Source: Bacteroidota bacterium (GTDB lineage: Bacteria > Bacteroidota > Bacteroidia > Palsa-965). Taken from it: a stretch of DNA of 64,000 nucleotides. Positions within the stretch are counted from its first letter, which is position 1; each line of letters starts with the position of its first letter. The stretch covers positions 2,904 through 66,903 of the forward strand of contig JANOCU010000032.1 of NCBI GenBank assembly GCA_031412295.1, given 5' to 3'. Made by a program: the position numbers and the translations under genes. Below are positions 26,342-36,088 of the stretch, piece after piece. The notes under the pieces are model-generated. The model ran no database searches, had not been told where the DNA came from, and was given only the letters and a program-made list of their open reading frames with translations.

Positions 26342-27393
26342 CACTTCCTTTTAAGATAATTCGCAATCACCACCGGCACCGCATATTTCATCAGCTCATC
26401 CTCCTTTATATACAGCCAATCCTTTTGCCCCTCCCATTTACTCTTCAATTCAATTTCCACAAACCTCACAAACAACCGCTGATGACTCAGAATATGCTTT
26501 ACCTCATCAGAATAATTTCGAATTTCAAATTTCGTCAGCCGCGGCGGATCGAATAAATCCTTCCATTCTTTTGTTTGAATTAATTTCTTTTCGCTTACAG
26601 GCAATGTCGTTTCTACCAATGGAAAATCGAACAAACCTTTCCAGATATCGTTCTCGGTTCGTTGTTTGAGATAAATATTTCCATTGTGATGCAGAACGAG
26701 GTAATTGAAATAACGATCGGTGACTTTTGTCTTTTTTGATTTTACTGGTAGCACATTAATAAGATCTCTTTTGCGCGCTTCACAATGCAAGAAGAAAGGA
26801 CAAATTTGACAAGGCGGATTTTTAGGAACACATTGAATAGCGCCGAATTCCATTATTGACTGGTTAAAATCGGCCGGATGCTTTTTTGAAATGAGAGAAT
26901 TGGCCAGCTCGCTGAAGATCTTTTTTCCTTCGTTGCTGTCAATAGGCGCATCGATTCCATAAATGCGGGAGAGCACGCGGTACACATTTCCGTCTACCAC
27001 CGCCTGCACTTCATTATAACAGATAGAAGCGATGGCTGCGGCGGTATAATCTCCTACTCCTTTAAGGAGCTTTAACTCTTTATAAGTAGCCGGAAAAACA
27101 CCATTGAACTCGCTGACCACCATTTTTGCCGCAAAATGCAGGTTTCGGGCCCGGGAATAGTACCCCAAACCCTGCCAAAGTTTCAAAATATCGTCTTCTG
27201 GAGCCAAAGCGAGGCTTTTTACGTCGGGATATTTATTAATAAATGAAAAATAATAAGGAAGCCCCTGCTGCACGCGGGTTTGTTGGAGGATAACCTCTGA
27301 AAGCCAGATTCTATAAGGGTCCTGGGTCATCCGCCACGGCAAATCACGCTTGTTTTTTTGGTACCAGGACATGATAATTGCACCGAAATCCAT
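26341..27393 (-). CDS. mutY: A/G-specific adenine DNA glycosylase
   Basis: SWYQKNKRDLPWR...PYRIWLSEVILQQTRV... HhH-GPD fold with C-terminal NUDIX-like domain; 4Fe-4S cysteines (CVPKNPPCQICPFFLHC). Confidence 0.85.
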   Translation of the reverse strand: MDFGAIIMSWYQKNKRDLPWRMTQDPYRIWLSEVILQQTRVQQGLPYYFSFINKYPDVKSLALAPEDDILKLWQGLGYYSRARNLHFAAKMVVSEFNGVFPATYKELKLLKGVGDYTAAAIASICYNEVQAVVDGNVYRVLSRIYGIDAPIDSNEGKKIFSELANSLISKKHPADFNQSIMEFGAIQCVPKNPPCQICPFFLHCEARKRDLINVLPVKSKKTKVTDRYFNYLVLHHNGNIYLKQRTENDIWKGLFDFPLVETTLPVSEKKLIQTKEWKDLFDPPRLTKFEIRNYSDEVKHILSHQRLFVRFVEIELKSKWEGQKDWLYIKEDELMKYAVPVVIANYLKRK

Positions 27394-27521
27394 TGAAATT
27401 CTGATTGTTCCGAAGATAAATTTACTGGGAAATTTTGGGGTTAGGGATAAATGAGTAATTTTGCAGCCCTGAAACCCGCTTTAATGGGATGTTAAACACT
27501 TGAAAGTAAATAGCTTAGAAG

Positions 27522-27812
27522 ATGACAAAAGCAGAAGTAGTCAACGAGATCGCAGAAAAAACCGGAGTTGAGAAAGTAGCTGTGCAAGCTGCCGTTGAAA
27601 CATTTATGAAGGTGATCAAAAATTCACTTGCAAAAGGAGACAACGTTTACCTCCGTGGATTCGGAAGTTTTGTGGTAAAACGCAGAGCCGAAAAAACCGG
27701 AAGAAACATTTCAAAAAACACAACCGTGATTATTCCGGCACACAATGTACCGGCTTTTAAACCCGCAAAAACTTTTGTTGACCGGGTGAAAAAGAATGTC
27801 AAAGTTTCCTGA
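27522..27812 (+). CDS. hup: HU-family DNA-binding protein
   Basis: MTKAEVVNEIAEKTGV...VYLRGFGSFVVKRRAEKTGRN. Confidence 0.85.
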   Translation: MTKAEVVNEIAEKTGVEKVAVQAAVETFMKVIKNSLAKGDNVYLRGFGSFVVKRRAEKTGRNISKNTTVIIPAHNVPAFKPAKTFVDRVKKNVKVS

Positions 27813-27828
27813 TTTTAATAAATAGCCG

Positions 27829-28716
27829 ATGCGCAAAATATCCGTAACCCAATGGATCGTGATACTTTTGGCGGCTATCAGCACCGTTCTTTTAAGTTTT
27901 GTAAGTACAGTATCGCCCGTTAAAAACAATCCAGTAGTAAGCACAGAAGCTGAACACGGACATACGCTCGATGAACAGATAGCAAATGCAAGAAAAAGCA
28001 TGACGCCGGATGTTGTCGCACAGGTAAACGCAATTGAAGGCGCCATCAACACAAATCGTGATGCCGTTAAACGTGTTCAGATGTACGATTCGCTGGTGAG
28101 GTACGTGAGCATAAACAGGGAAAAAGTGGTTTATAAAAACCGTGAAAATCTTGTTTACGCAGCATGGCTCACCGAACAAAAAGCGATAAAAAACAACGGA
28201 TCAGGTTCCGACTGGCAGTCAGCAGGCGATCGTTACAGGGTTGCAGCAGGTTTTCAGAACGATGAGAATAACCTGCCTGCGTTGTTTGACGGTGCAATTC
28301 GCTGCTACAGTAAAGCGCTGGAGCTCGAGCCAAAAAATCTCGATGCGAAAGTTGGTCTTGCTTCCTGCATGGTGCAGGGAACAAACGACCCGATGGCGGG
28401 AATCACCATGCTGCTCGAAGTAGTTGCAGTGGATTCTACCAACGTAAATGCACAGCTGGAATTAGCTGAGTTCTCCCTTAAAAGGAATGCTCCTGATAAA
28501 GCGATTGCGAGATACAACACAGCGCTTCGTTTGCGACCTGATTATTATGGTCTGCATTTGAATATTGCAGAAGTGTATTTAGAACAAATGGGTGATACCG
28601 CGAAAGCGATCAATCATCTCGAACAATATGTGCAGATCGAAACCGATCCGCTCACAAAAAATGACGTGGAGAATGCCATTCGCAGACTTCGCGCTCATCT
28701 GCCGGAACCAAAATGA
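27829..28716 (+). CDS. TPR-repeat protein (secreted or membrane-anchored)
   Basis: N-terminal TM/signal; C-terminal TPR-like helices (AIRCYSKALELEPKNLDAKVGLASC...). Confidence 0.5.
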   Translation: MRKISVTQWIVILLAAISTVLLSFVSTVSPVKNNPVVSTEAEHGHTLDEQIANARKSMTPDVVAQVNAIEGAINTNRDAVKRVQMYDSLVRYVSINREKVVYKNRENLVYAAWLTEQKAIKNNGSGSDWQSAGDRYRVAAGFQNDENNLPALFDGAIRCYSKALELEPKNLDAKVGLASCMVQGTNDPMAGITMLLEVVAVDSTNVNAQLELAEFSLKRNAPDKAIARYNTALRLRPDYYGLHLNIAEVYLEQMGDTAKAINHLEQYVQIETDPLTKNDVENAIRRLRAHLPEPK

Positions 28717-28771
28717 CGGCAGAGAGTAAAATAATAATAAGTAAGTACTAACCAAATAAAGCATTACAACT

Positions 28772-28861
28772 ATGCCAAGCGGCAAAAAGCGCAAACGCCA
28801 TAAAATGGCAACCCACAAGCGGAAAAAACGTCTTCGTAAGAACCGCCACAAGAAGAAATAG
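28772..28861 (+). CDS. 29-aa highly basic peptide, probable ribosomal protein bS22-like
   Basis: MPSGKKRKRHKMATHKRKKRLRKNRHKKK resembles the Mycobacterium bS22 sequence as I recall it ([20 protein letters not shown]...). Missed by the ORF track (<60 aa). Lies in the HU..RNase G housekeeping block. Confidence 0.5.
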   Translation: MPSGKKRKRHKMATHKRKKRLRKNRHKKK

Positions 28862-28884
28862 ACCTTTCGCTTAGCGGATTTAAA

Positions 28885-28952
28885 ATTCAATATTCAAAAT
28901 TCAGGAATCGATAACTTCAATCTTGAATTTTGAATTGTTTGAATTTTGAATT
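28885..28952. repeat. TTGAATT/TTCAAAA-type short tandem repeats
   Basis: aattcaatattcaaaattcagg...tcaatcttgaattttgaattgtttgaattttgaattcc. Confidence 0.6.
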
Positions 28953-29055
28953 CCACGCGTTCCGCAATTCTTCCCAGTATCTCATGCACAAGCCCATGCC
29001 GCATAACAGCGATGGGATTTTTGTGCTATTATACATCTTATAAAAAAATCTAACC

Positions 29056-30606
29056 GTGTCAAACGAACTCATCATCGATGCCTCTGGCTCCGAGGTGGTG
29101 ATTGCCCTGATGAACGAGAAGAGACTGGTCGAGCTTAACCGCGAAAAGACCAACTCCCAGTTCGCAGTCGGCGATATCTACTTAGGACGCGTACGCAAAG
29201 TGATGCCGGGGCTAAATGCCGCATTCGTCGACGTGGGTTATGAAAAGGACGCCTTCCTGCATTATTTCGATCTGGGTCCACAGGTGCAATCGCTCAATAA
29301 ATTTGTGCGAAGCACCATCACGCAAAAGCAGAAAAACGCCGCACTGGCCTATTTCAAGCTCGAGCCTGATATCCGGAAAGAAGGAAAAATTACTGAAGTG
29401 CTTCAATCGGATCAGCAAGTGCTTATCCAGATTGCAAAAGAGCCGATCTCCACGAAAGGCCCACGGATCACTTCCGAAATTTCCATCGCAGGCAGATACA
29501 TCGTCCTCATTCCTTTTGCCGATAAAGTTTCTGTCTCACAAAAGATCCGAAGCCATGAAGAACGCGAACGATTAAAGCGTTTGATCATGAGCATCAAGCC
29601 GAAAAATTTCGGTGTGATCGTGAGAACAGTTGCTGAAGGAAAAGGAGTAGCTGACCTCGACGCTGATATGAATGACCTTGTAGGGAAATGGAACACTTGT
29701 TTCCAGGAACTCACAACGTCTAAACCACCGGCACGCGTGCTAGGAGAAATTAATCGCACCTCCGCAATCCTCCGCGATTTACTTAATGCGTCATTCGCAG
29801 CCATTCATATTAATGATGGACGAATGCACGACGAGATCAAAGAATACCTCCAGGCCATTGCGCCTGACAAAGAAAAAATTCTAAAGCTCCACAAAGGACC
29901 TCAGCCTATTTTCGAAGCATTTGGTGTTGATCGCCAGATGAAAGCATTGTTCGGCAAAACAGTGACAATGAAAAGCGGAGCTTACCTGATCGTAGAACAT
30001 ACCGAAGCGCTTCACGTAATCGATGTGAACAGCGGTAACCGTTCGAAATCTTCCAACGACCAGGAAACAAATGCGCTTGATGTAAATATTGAAGCAGCTG
30101 TAGAAGTAGCGCGACAATTACGTCTTCGTGATATGGGTGGAATTATTGTAGTCGATTTTATCGATCTGCATTCGCCTAATAACAGGAGATTACTTTTCAA
30201 TAAGCTACGCGATGAGATGAAGCTCGATCGCGCAAAACATACTATTCTTCCTCCAAGCAAATTCGGACTTATTCAAATCACCCGCGAACGTGTTCGCCCT
30301 GAAACGGCAGTTGATACACAAGAGAAATGTCCGACATGCGGTGGTACAGGAGAAGTTCAGGCAAGTATTTTGCTGATCGATAATATTGAAAATAATCTTC
30401 GTTACGTGCTCACCGAGCAGAATGAAAAATCAGTAACGCTTTGTGTTCACCCATACGTAGAAGCATTCCTCACAAAAGGTTTCCCTTCTCAGCGCATGCG
30501 ATGGAAATTGAAATACAAAAAACCGATCAAGATCAAATCCGTTCCCGCTTATCAATTTCTCGAATATCATTTCCTGAATAAAAATGATGACGAGATTAAA
30601 GTTTGA
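29056..30606 (+). CDS. rng: Ribonuclease G/E family (Rng/CafA)
   Basis: N-terminal S1 domain (GDIYLGRVRKVMPGLNAAFVDVG); catalytic core (DVNSG...DFIDL); ~516 aa is typical of RNase G. Confidence 0.85.
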   Translation: MSNELIIDASGSEVVIALMNEKRLVELNREKTNSQFAVGDIYLGRVRKVMPGLNAAFVDVGYEKDAFLHYFDLGPQVQSLNKFVRSTITQKQKNAALAYFKLEPDIRKEGKITEVLQSDQQVLIQIAKEPISTKGPRITSEISIAGRYIVLIPFADKVSVSQKIRSHEERERLKRLIMSIKPKNFGVIVRTVAEGKGVADLDADMNDLVGKWNTCFQELTTSKPPARVLGEINRTSAILRDLLNASFAAIHINDGRMHDEIKEYLQAIAPDKEKILKLHKGPQPIFEAFGVDRQMKALFGKTVTMKSGAYLIVEHTEALHVIDVNSGNRSKSSNDQETNALDVNIEAAVEVARQLRLRDMGGIIVVDFIDLHSPNNRRLLFNKLRDEMKLDRAKHTILPPSKFGLIQITRERVRPETAVDTQEKCPTCGGTGEVQASILLIDNIENNLRYVLTEQNEKSVTLCVHPYVEAFLTKGFPSQRMRWKLKYKKPIKIKSVPAYQFLEYHFLNKNDDEIKV

Positions 30607-30652
30607 GGATTTTCGGATTTGATGTACGATGTAGGAATTACGATTTTAAAAA

Positions 30653-30687
30653 AAGAACGCTTCAGAGATGGAGCGTTCTTTTTTTAT
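30653..30687 (+). terminator. Rho-independent terminator (agaacgcttcagagatggagcgttctttttttat)
   Basis: 8-bp stem plus T7. Confidence 0.7.
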
Positions 30688-30884
30688 TTTTTATTTTTTG
30701 TTTGTTCGAGTCCCGATTTTTTCATCGGGAAGAACGCTTTATAAAGAAATGTTTAATCCATTAGAAATAGTTCTCGCAAGTCTAGCGAAGAGAAACACTC
30801 ACGTTGATGGGAAATACTGCTCGCATTGTGTTCTGGACTTCGCTCGAACAAACTAATAGAGGACGAATTTGATTTTTTTTGTTC

Positions 30885-31028
30885 CAATGTCATTAAGTTA
30901 AGAAGCAAATTATTTTTTTTCATTACCGCGTCATTTATGGCGCGGTAAATGACGACAACATAAATGGCTTTAGCCAAACATACAGGTAACCCCTTGCCAG
31001 GGAAATTTCTCTTAACTTAATGACATTG
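30885..31028. other. About 145-bp element bounded by 20-bp inverted repeats (caatgtcattaagttaagaa / ttcttaacttaatgacattg) with a nested hairpin (ttaccgcgtcattta / taaatgacg..cgcggtaa); MITE-like or structured RNA
   Basis: 19 of 21 bases complementary between 30885..30905 and 31008..31028; internal palindrome 30922..30955. Confidence 0.5.
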
Positions 31029-31172
31029 CCTATAAGACTTGCCCCGTCTGTAATCAATATTATCTCATTTTACGCCAAAACTTTGTTGGATCGAAAATGT
31101 TATCTTTAAATAAATCCCTATCAGGAAATCCCTTTAGTCACAAGGCTTTTTTCTTGCAATCCCCAAACCCAC

Positions 31173-32735
31173 ATGAATACAATCAAATCCATCCTTACCA
31201 CACTTTCAATTATAATTTCTGTTTCCCTGGCCGCGCAGGCACCATCCATTCAATGGGAAAAAAATTATGGCGGAAGCGACGGTGATCATGTTCACGCAGT
31301 TCAACAAACGCTGGATGGTGGTTATATCGCGGTCGGACTTTCAGCCAGCAATGACAGTGATGTAACTGCAGCAATGACCAGCGGAGATCTTTGGGTTGTG
31401 AAAACTGATGCGGCAGGAAATATACAATGGGAAAAAAGTTTCGGCGGCAGCAGTTACGATTATGGAATGGGCGTGGAAGTTCTCGCTGATGGTAGTTACG
31501 TAATTGCCGCGGTGACGATGAGCAACGATAGCGATGTTACAGGAAATAATGGCGTGTCAGATTTTTGGATGGTGAAAATTGACGGACTTGGAAATCTTGC
31601 CTGGCAAAAATCGTATGGCGGATCTAACCAGGATAATATTTACGCGCTGGATCAAACGAGCGATGGTGGATTTATTGCAGTGGGATTAACATTGAGCAAT
31701 GACAGTGATGTTACTGTAAATAATGGCAGTTCGGATATATGGGTAATTAAAGTTGATGCAAATGGAAACCTGCAATGGCAAAAATCGTTGGGTGGAACTG
31801 CGTCCGATCTTGCTACATCTGTGAACCAGGTTGCTGATGGCGGATATATCATCGGTGGAAATACAAACAGCAATGATTCTTTGGTTTCCGGAAATCACAT
31901 GGGTTGGGGCGTTACTGATGGATGGATCGTTAAGCTGAGTGCAACAGGAAATTTACTCTGGCAGAAATGTATCGGCAGCACAGGACAGGAAACAGTGTAT
32001 GATGTAAAAGAAACGTTTGACGGCGGATTAATTGCAATCTGTTTTTCAAATGGTGATGATGGTGATGTGACTGCGATACCCGGAAATATTTCCCCGAATT
32101 ATTGGCTTGTGAAAATGGATAACGCCGGAACAATTTTGTGGCAAAAAGAATATGGCGGCACCAACCAGGAAATTCCCGCGCGCGTAGAACAAACTCCTGA
32201 AGGCGGATATGCAGTCATCGGCTACACGGTGAGCAATGATGGCGATGTTGTTGGTCAGCACGGATCACCACCGAACGCGGATATATGGATGATAAAAACA
32301 ACTGCAACCGGAACTTTGCTCTGGCAACGTTGTCTTGGTGGTTCTGCAAACGAAGATGGATTAGCGCTTGCGAAAACTGCTGATGGTGGATTTATCGTCG
32401 GTGGTTATTCCATCAGCAATGATGGCGATGTAGCAATGAATTATGGGGGCGACGATTATTGGCTCGTAAAAATAAACAGCGATCTGACTGGAATTGAAAA
32501 TTTAACTTCAGAAAAACGTTTTACAATTTATCCGAATCCATCAAGCGAGTTAATTTTTATTACTGCTGAAAATGAAATTGAAAATTATTCCTGGTCAATT
32601 TTTAACGAAGCAGGTCAGCTTGTTCTGAATGGAATCGGAAAGAATACATCACAGATAAGCATCGAATCGCTTGCCGCCGGATTTTACACGTTACAAATCA
32701 ATTCCGCTTTCTACAAGCTTGTAAAATGCAATTAG
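31173..32735 (+). CDS. SBBP-like beta-propeller repeat protein with T9SS C-terminal sorting domain
   Basis: About 8 tandem ~45-aa repeats (DGGYI.VG.T.SNDSDVTG..G..D.WVVK.D..GN..WQKSYGG); CTD FTIYPNPSSELIFITAEN...FYTLQINSAFYKLVKCN. Confidence 0.7.
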   Translation: MNTIKSILTTLSIIISVSLAAQAPSIQWEKNYGGSDGDHVHAVQQTLDGGYIAVGLSASNDSDVTAAMTSGDLWVVKTDAAGNIQWEKSFGGSSYDYGMGVEVLADGSYVIAAVTMSNDSDVTGNNGVSDFWMVKIDGLGNLAWQKSYGGSNQDNIYALDQTSDGGFIAVGLTLSNDSDVTVNNGSSDIWVIKVDANGNLQWQKSLGGTASDLATSVNQVADGGYIIGGNTNSNDSLVSGNHMGWGVTDGWIVKLSATGNLLWQKCIGSTGQETVYDVKETFDGGLIAICFSNGDDGDVTAIPGNISPNYWLVKMDNAGTILWQKEYGGTNQEIPARVEQTPEGGYAVIGYTVSNDGDVVGQHGSPPNADIWMIKTTATGTLLWQRCLGGSANEDGLALAKTADGGFIVGGYSISNDGDVAMNYGGDDYWLVKINSDLTGIENLTSEKRFTIYPNPSSELIFITAENEIENYSWSIFNEAGQLVLNGIGKNTSQISIESLAAGFYTLQINSAFYKLVKCN

Positions 32736-32750
32736 ATTTGAAAATTGCCC

Positions 32751-32785
32751 GGATTGTAATTGGTAATTTGTAATTCGTAATCGCG
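32751..32785. repeat. GTAATTG/GTAATTT/GTAATTC/GTAATCG heptamer tandem array
   Basis: ggattgtaattggtaatttgtaattcgtaatcgcg. Confidence 0.7.
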
Positions 32786-32807
32786 CGCCGGATTTTTGTG
32801 CGCTGCG

Positions 32808-33560
32808 CTATTTTCCTTCAAAATTATAATGCGCATAATCCGCCAGCACAATATTCAAAAATTGCATCGTCGGTAATTGATGCGGAGGCGGAGAAACGCC
32901 CATGATAGCTTTTACTTTATTGCCGAGGTATTCCAGCAAAGAATAATTTCCTGTGTCAAACGATTGCTGCATAATATCACGGATCACATTCATGTCACGG
33001 TCGGTGAGATAAGCGACTTGCGGAAATACAACGCGGTATTGCGGATTGATCTGCTGGATAATTGTGTTGCGCAGACTTGTTCCTTGTTTTACTTTGATAA
33101 CAATTGTATCAGCCACCATATCACCGATGCGCTGACTTTTTCCACTGATGATTGCAACAGGCAATGCGAGACAAGTAAACAAGCTGAATTCACCTTCGAA
33201 CATCCGCATCAGCCAGCGAAAAGCAAATTCACCAATGCCTGCAGGAGTGCCATTCGTTTTCACCACTTTAAGTCCCATGATCAATTTTCCGAATGAGCGG
33301 CCATTTAATAACGACTCGCACCACAACGTATACGTCATTACCGGCAATAGAACCAGGGAATAAAGCAATGAGCCAAAGTTTGACATGTTGTCAAAGCTCA
33401 TTCCCGACACAATCATTCCCACCGCCGAAAAGGCAAGAAAAAGATAAGCCGCAAAAAAAGCAAGATCGATCAACCGCGCAAGCAAACGCTCACCGATATG
33501 CGCCACCTTATAATTGATGGAAACATTTTGCGTGGTTAAAACTCTTGCCTGGTCAGACAT
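32808..33560 (-). CDS. RDD-family membrane protein
   Basis: N-terminal YKVAHIGERLLARLIDLAFF (R-D-D motif) plus 3 TM helices. Start at MSDQARV (33560) rather than the ORF-track start at 33635. Confidence 0.7.
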   Translation of the reverse strand: MSDQARVLTTQNVSINYKVAHIGERLLARLIDLAFFAAYLFLAFSAVGMIVSGMSFDNMSNFGSLLYSLVLLPVMTYTLWCESLLNGRSFGKLIMGLKVVKTNGTPAGIGEFAFRWLMRMFEGEFSLFTCLALPVAIISGKSQRIGDMVADTIVIKVKQGTSLRNTIIQQINPQYRVVFPQVAYLTDRDMNVIRDIMQQSFDTGNYSLLEYLGNKVKAIMGVSPPPHQLPTMQFLNIVLADYAHYNFEGK

Positions 33561-33651
33561 TTTTGAGGGAACGATCCCGATAGCTATCGGGAGAATGAAG
33601 GCGAATATACGAATATTGAAAATACTAAGATTCAAGATTGCCCCTGTTTCA

Positions 33652-33848
33652 AATTCGTTCCCCTTTTTTCTTTCGTAAATTCGTTTTGATTCGTAATTCG
33701 TTCCCCCCTTTCTTTCGTAAATTCGTTTTCATTCGTAATTCGTCCCCCCTTAGTTTCGTATTTTCGGTTTGATTCGTAATTCGTTCCCTTTTGTATTTCG
33801 TTCCCCGTAGTTTCGTAAATTCGCCTTCATTTGTAATTCGTACCCGCC
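33652..33848. repeat. Tandem-repeat-filled divergent promoter region: alternating ~26-bp (aattcgttcccc..tttctttcgta) and ~17-bp (aattcgttttgattcgt) units, at least 3.5 rounds, built on TTCGTAA cores
   Basis: Direct reading; lies between the divergent RDD and SpoIIM-like genes. Confidence 0.8.
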
Positions 33849-35147
33849 TTGAAGGAAATTACCTTCCTTAAACAAAATCACGAAAAGTGGCTGCAGTTTG
33901 AAGCGCTGCTGAACTCGAAAGAGCGGCAAAATCCCGACGCGCTTGCTGATTTGTTTATCCGCATCACCGATGATCTTTCCTGGGCACACACTTTTTATCC
34001 CGGATCGAATACAGAAAAATATCTCAACGATCTCGCTGCGCAAATTCACCAGGAAATTTATAAGAACAAAAAAGAAAAACGTTCACGCCTTATTACTTTT
34101 TGGACGCACGAATTGCCGCGTCTCATGGCGAAACACCGTTTAAATCTGCTGATTGTATTTGTGCTCTTTTCTGTTTCAGTCTGGATCGGAGCAATTTCTG
34201 CGAAGCATGATGAAGGTTTTGTGCGAATTATTCTCGGAGATATGTACGTGGATCAAACGCTCGACCGCATGCGCGATGGTGATCCGCTTGGCGTTTACAA
34301 AGATGAAAACCAGTTTGTGATGTTTTTGCGAATCGCATTGAATAATTCGAAGGTTGCCTTGTTTTGCATTGTCATTGGTGTTTTCGGTTGGCTTGGCGTT
34401 GCGTACCTGCAATTCTCCAACGGTGTAATGCTCGGTGCGTTCTTTTATTTTTTAGTCTCGCATGGATTTGCTCGCGAAGCAACACTCACCGTCTGGATTC
34501 ACGGAACGATTGAAATCTGGTGCATCATCGTTGCAGGTGCAGCAGGGATGGCATTGGGAAATGGACTTTGGTTTCCGGGCGCATGGCCAAGGGGAATTTC
34601 ATTCATGCGTGGGGCGCGGGAAGCATTGAAGATCGGCATCGGGTTAGTTCCTTTCTTTTTCCTCGCCGCTTTTTTCGAAGGGTTCCTCACACGTTATACA
34701 CAGATGAACGATTACATGCGCATGGCAATTATTTTCCTGTCGCTAATTTTCGTGATCTGGTATTTTGTCATCTGGCCTTTCTTCGCGGATGAAAATTATA
34801 AAGACAAAAAACAAAAAGGATTATTTTTTCTCAACCCGAAGTTATTTTTTCTTACCAACCTGCTTCGGAAAATTCCGATCTCCCCGAAAACAGTCTTCCT
34901 GTTATTCGTCGGCGCATTGTTGATATTCCTTCCGATCCTTTCTATGGTGATGAACTTTATTACGGAAACAAAAGCTGATTATATTGGAATTATCTTCTTT
35001 GTAATTTGTATCGGACTCGGCGCGCTATGTTTGGTTCTTGCTTATACAGGACGCGGAAAAGTGGAGGAAGAGGATTTAGTTATTACCCGAAAAAATTCTG
35101 CGAAGGCAGACGATTATGAACGAAGCGCAAGCACCACTAAGATTTGA
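33849..35147 (+). CDS. SpoIIM-like (DUF95) membrane protein with N-terminal soluble domain
   Basis: C-terminal half has about 6 TM helices and HGTIEIWCIIVAGAAGMALG, typical of the stage II sporulation M/DUF95 family. Confidence 0.6.
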   Translation: MKEITFLKQNHEKWLQFEALLNSKERQNPDALADLFIRITDDLSWAHTFYPGSNTEKYLNDLAAQIHQEIYKNKKEKRSRLITFWTHELPRLMAKHRLNLLIVFVLFSVSVWIGAISAKHDEGFVRIILGDMYVDQTLDRMRDGDPLGVYKDENQFVMFLRIALNNSKVALFCIVIGVFGWLGVAYLQFSNGVMLGAFFYFLVSHGFAREATLTVWIHGTIEIWCIIVAGAAGMALGNGLWFPGAWPRGISFMRGAREALKIGIGLVPFFFLAAFFEGFLTRYTQMNDYMRMAIIFLSLIFVIWYFVIWPFFADENYKDKKQKGLFFLNPKLFFLTNLLRKIPISPKTVFLLFVGALLIFLPILSMVMNFITETKADYIGIIFFVICIGLGALCLVLAYTGRGKVEEEDLVITRKNSAKADDYERSASTTKI

Positions 35148-36084
35148 GCGTGTGAGAAGCTTCGGGCGAATCTTCGGGGACACCCGCAGGTTCATCCGTG
35201 AGAATTTCAGCGTTTTTTTCCGAACGATATTATTTCTTGTCGGGCCCGTGGCGTTGATCACTTGTTCAATAAATATTTTTATCCAGGTGCACATGCTGGA
35301 TGCTGAAGAAGCACCGGGACTTAATCGCATGGGTTCTTACATTGCAGCGTCCCAGGTTTATTCTCAGCTGCGTTGGGTAATCAATGGACTTGTTGTTGCA
35401 GTTGTTGTAAGTCATTTTGTGAAAGTGTATCGCGAAAAAGGACAGGGGAAATTTGATGTAAGTGATGTAACGCATTCCATTTTCAAAGATTTTTTCGGAA
35501 ACCTTTTTGCATTTATCATCGTGTTTCTTTCCGTGGCGTTGATTTCCGTAGTGCTCGGTTTTATTATTTTCGGATTAGCAGGAGTTTCTTTCGGAGCTGC
35601 AATCGTTATGACTTTTGGAGGAGGACTGGCTTATTTTCTAATTCGTTTTCCTTTCTGGTATTTTGTGTTTTCCATTTTTATCGCGCGTACTGCAAATAAG
35701 AATACAAATGTTTTTGACGCAACAGGAAAAGCTGCGAATGTACTTTCAGGAAACTGGTGGACTACCTGGCTTATCTTTTTTGTCATGTGGCTCGTCTTAT
35801 ATATTGTCGGAACCGCAGTTTCTATGCCTGCAACTATCATTGCAATGATCACGAAACTTTCATCTATACAGGTGAATGAAGATTCTGAGAATATGAAATT
35901 GCTGATGACTGTCGTACTTTCACTCGGCGAATTCGCGAAAACAATTATAAATAGCGTAATGTGTTTAGCCGTTGCGCTGCATTTTTACAGTCTGAAAGAA
36001 CGAATAGACGGCGAAGGCACGAAAAAAATTGTCGAGACGATCGGCAGCAAAATAGATGATGACGAGGCAGATTATACCTGGTAA
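35116..36084 (+). CDS. Hypothetical polytopic membrane protein
   Basis: Six or more hydrophobic helices; overlaps the upstream gene by 32 nt; part of a conserved cluster. Confidence 0.5.
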   Translation: MNEAQAPLRFERVRSFGRIFGDTRRFIRENFSVFFRTILFLVGPVALITCSINIFIQVHMLDAEEAPGLNRMGSYIAASQVYSQLRWVINGLVVAVVVSHFVKVYREKGQGKFDVSDVTHSIFKDFFGNLFAFIIVFLSVALISVVLGFIIFGLAGVSFGAAIVMTFGGGLAYFLIRFPFWYFVFSIFIARTANKNTNVFDATGKAANVLSGNWWTTWLIFFVMWLVLYIVGTAVSMPATIIAMITKLSSIQVNEDSENMKLLMTVVLSLGEFAKTIINSVMCLAVALHFYSLKERIDGEGTKKIVETIGSKIDDDEADYTW

Positions 36085-36088
36085 GCAC

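Noticed and set aside
33750-34049. 99-aa minus-strand ORF
   Set aside because: It overlaps the repeat-filled divergent promoter and the start of the SpoIIM-like gene, and is spurious.
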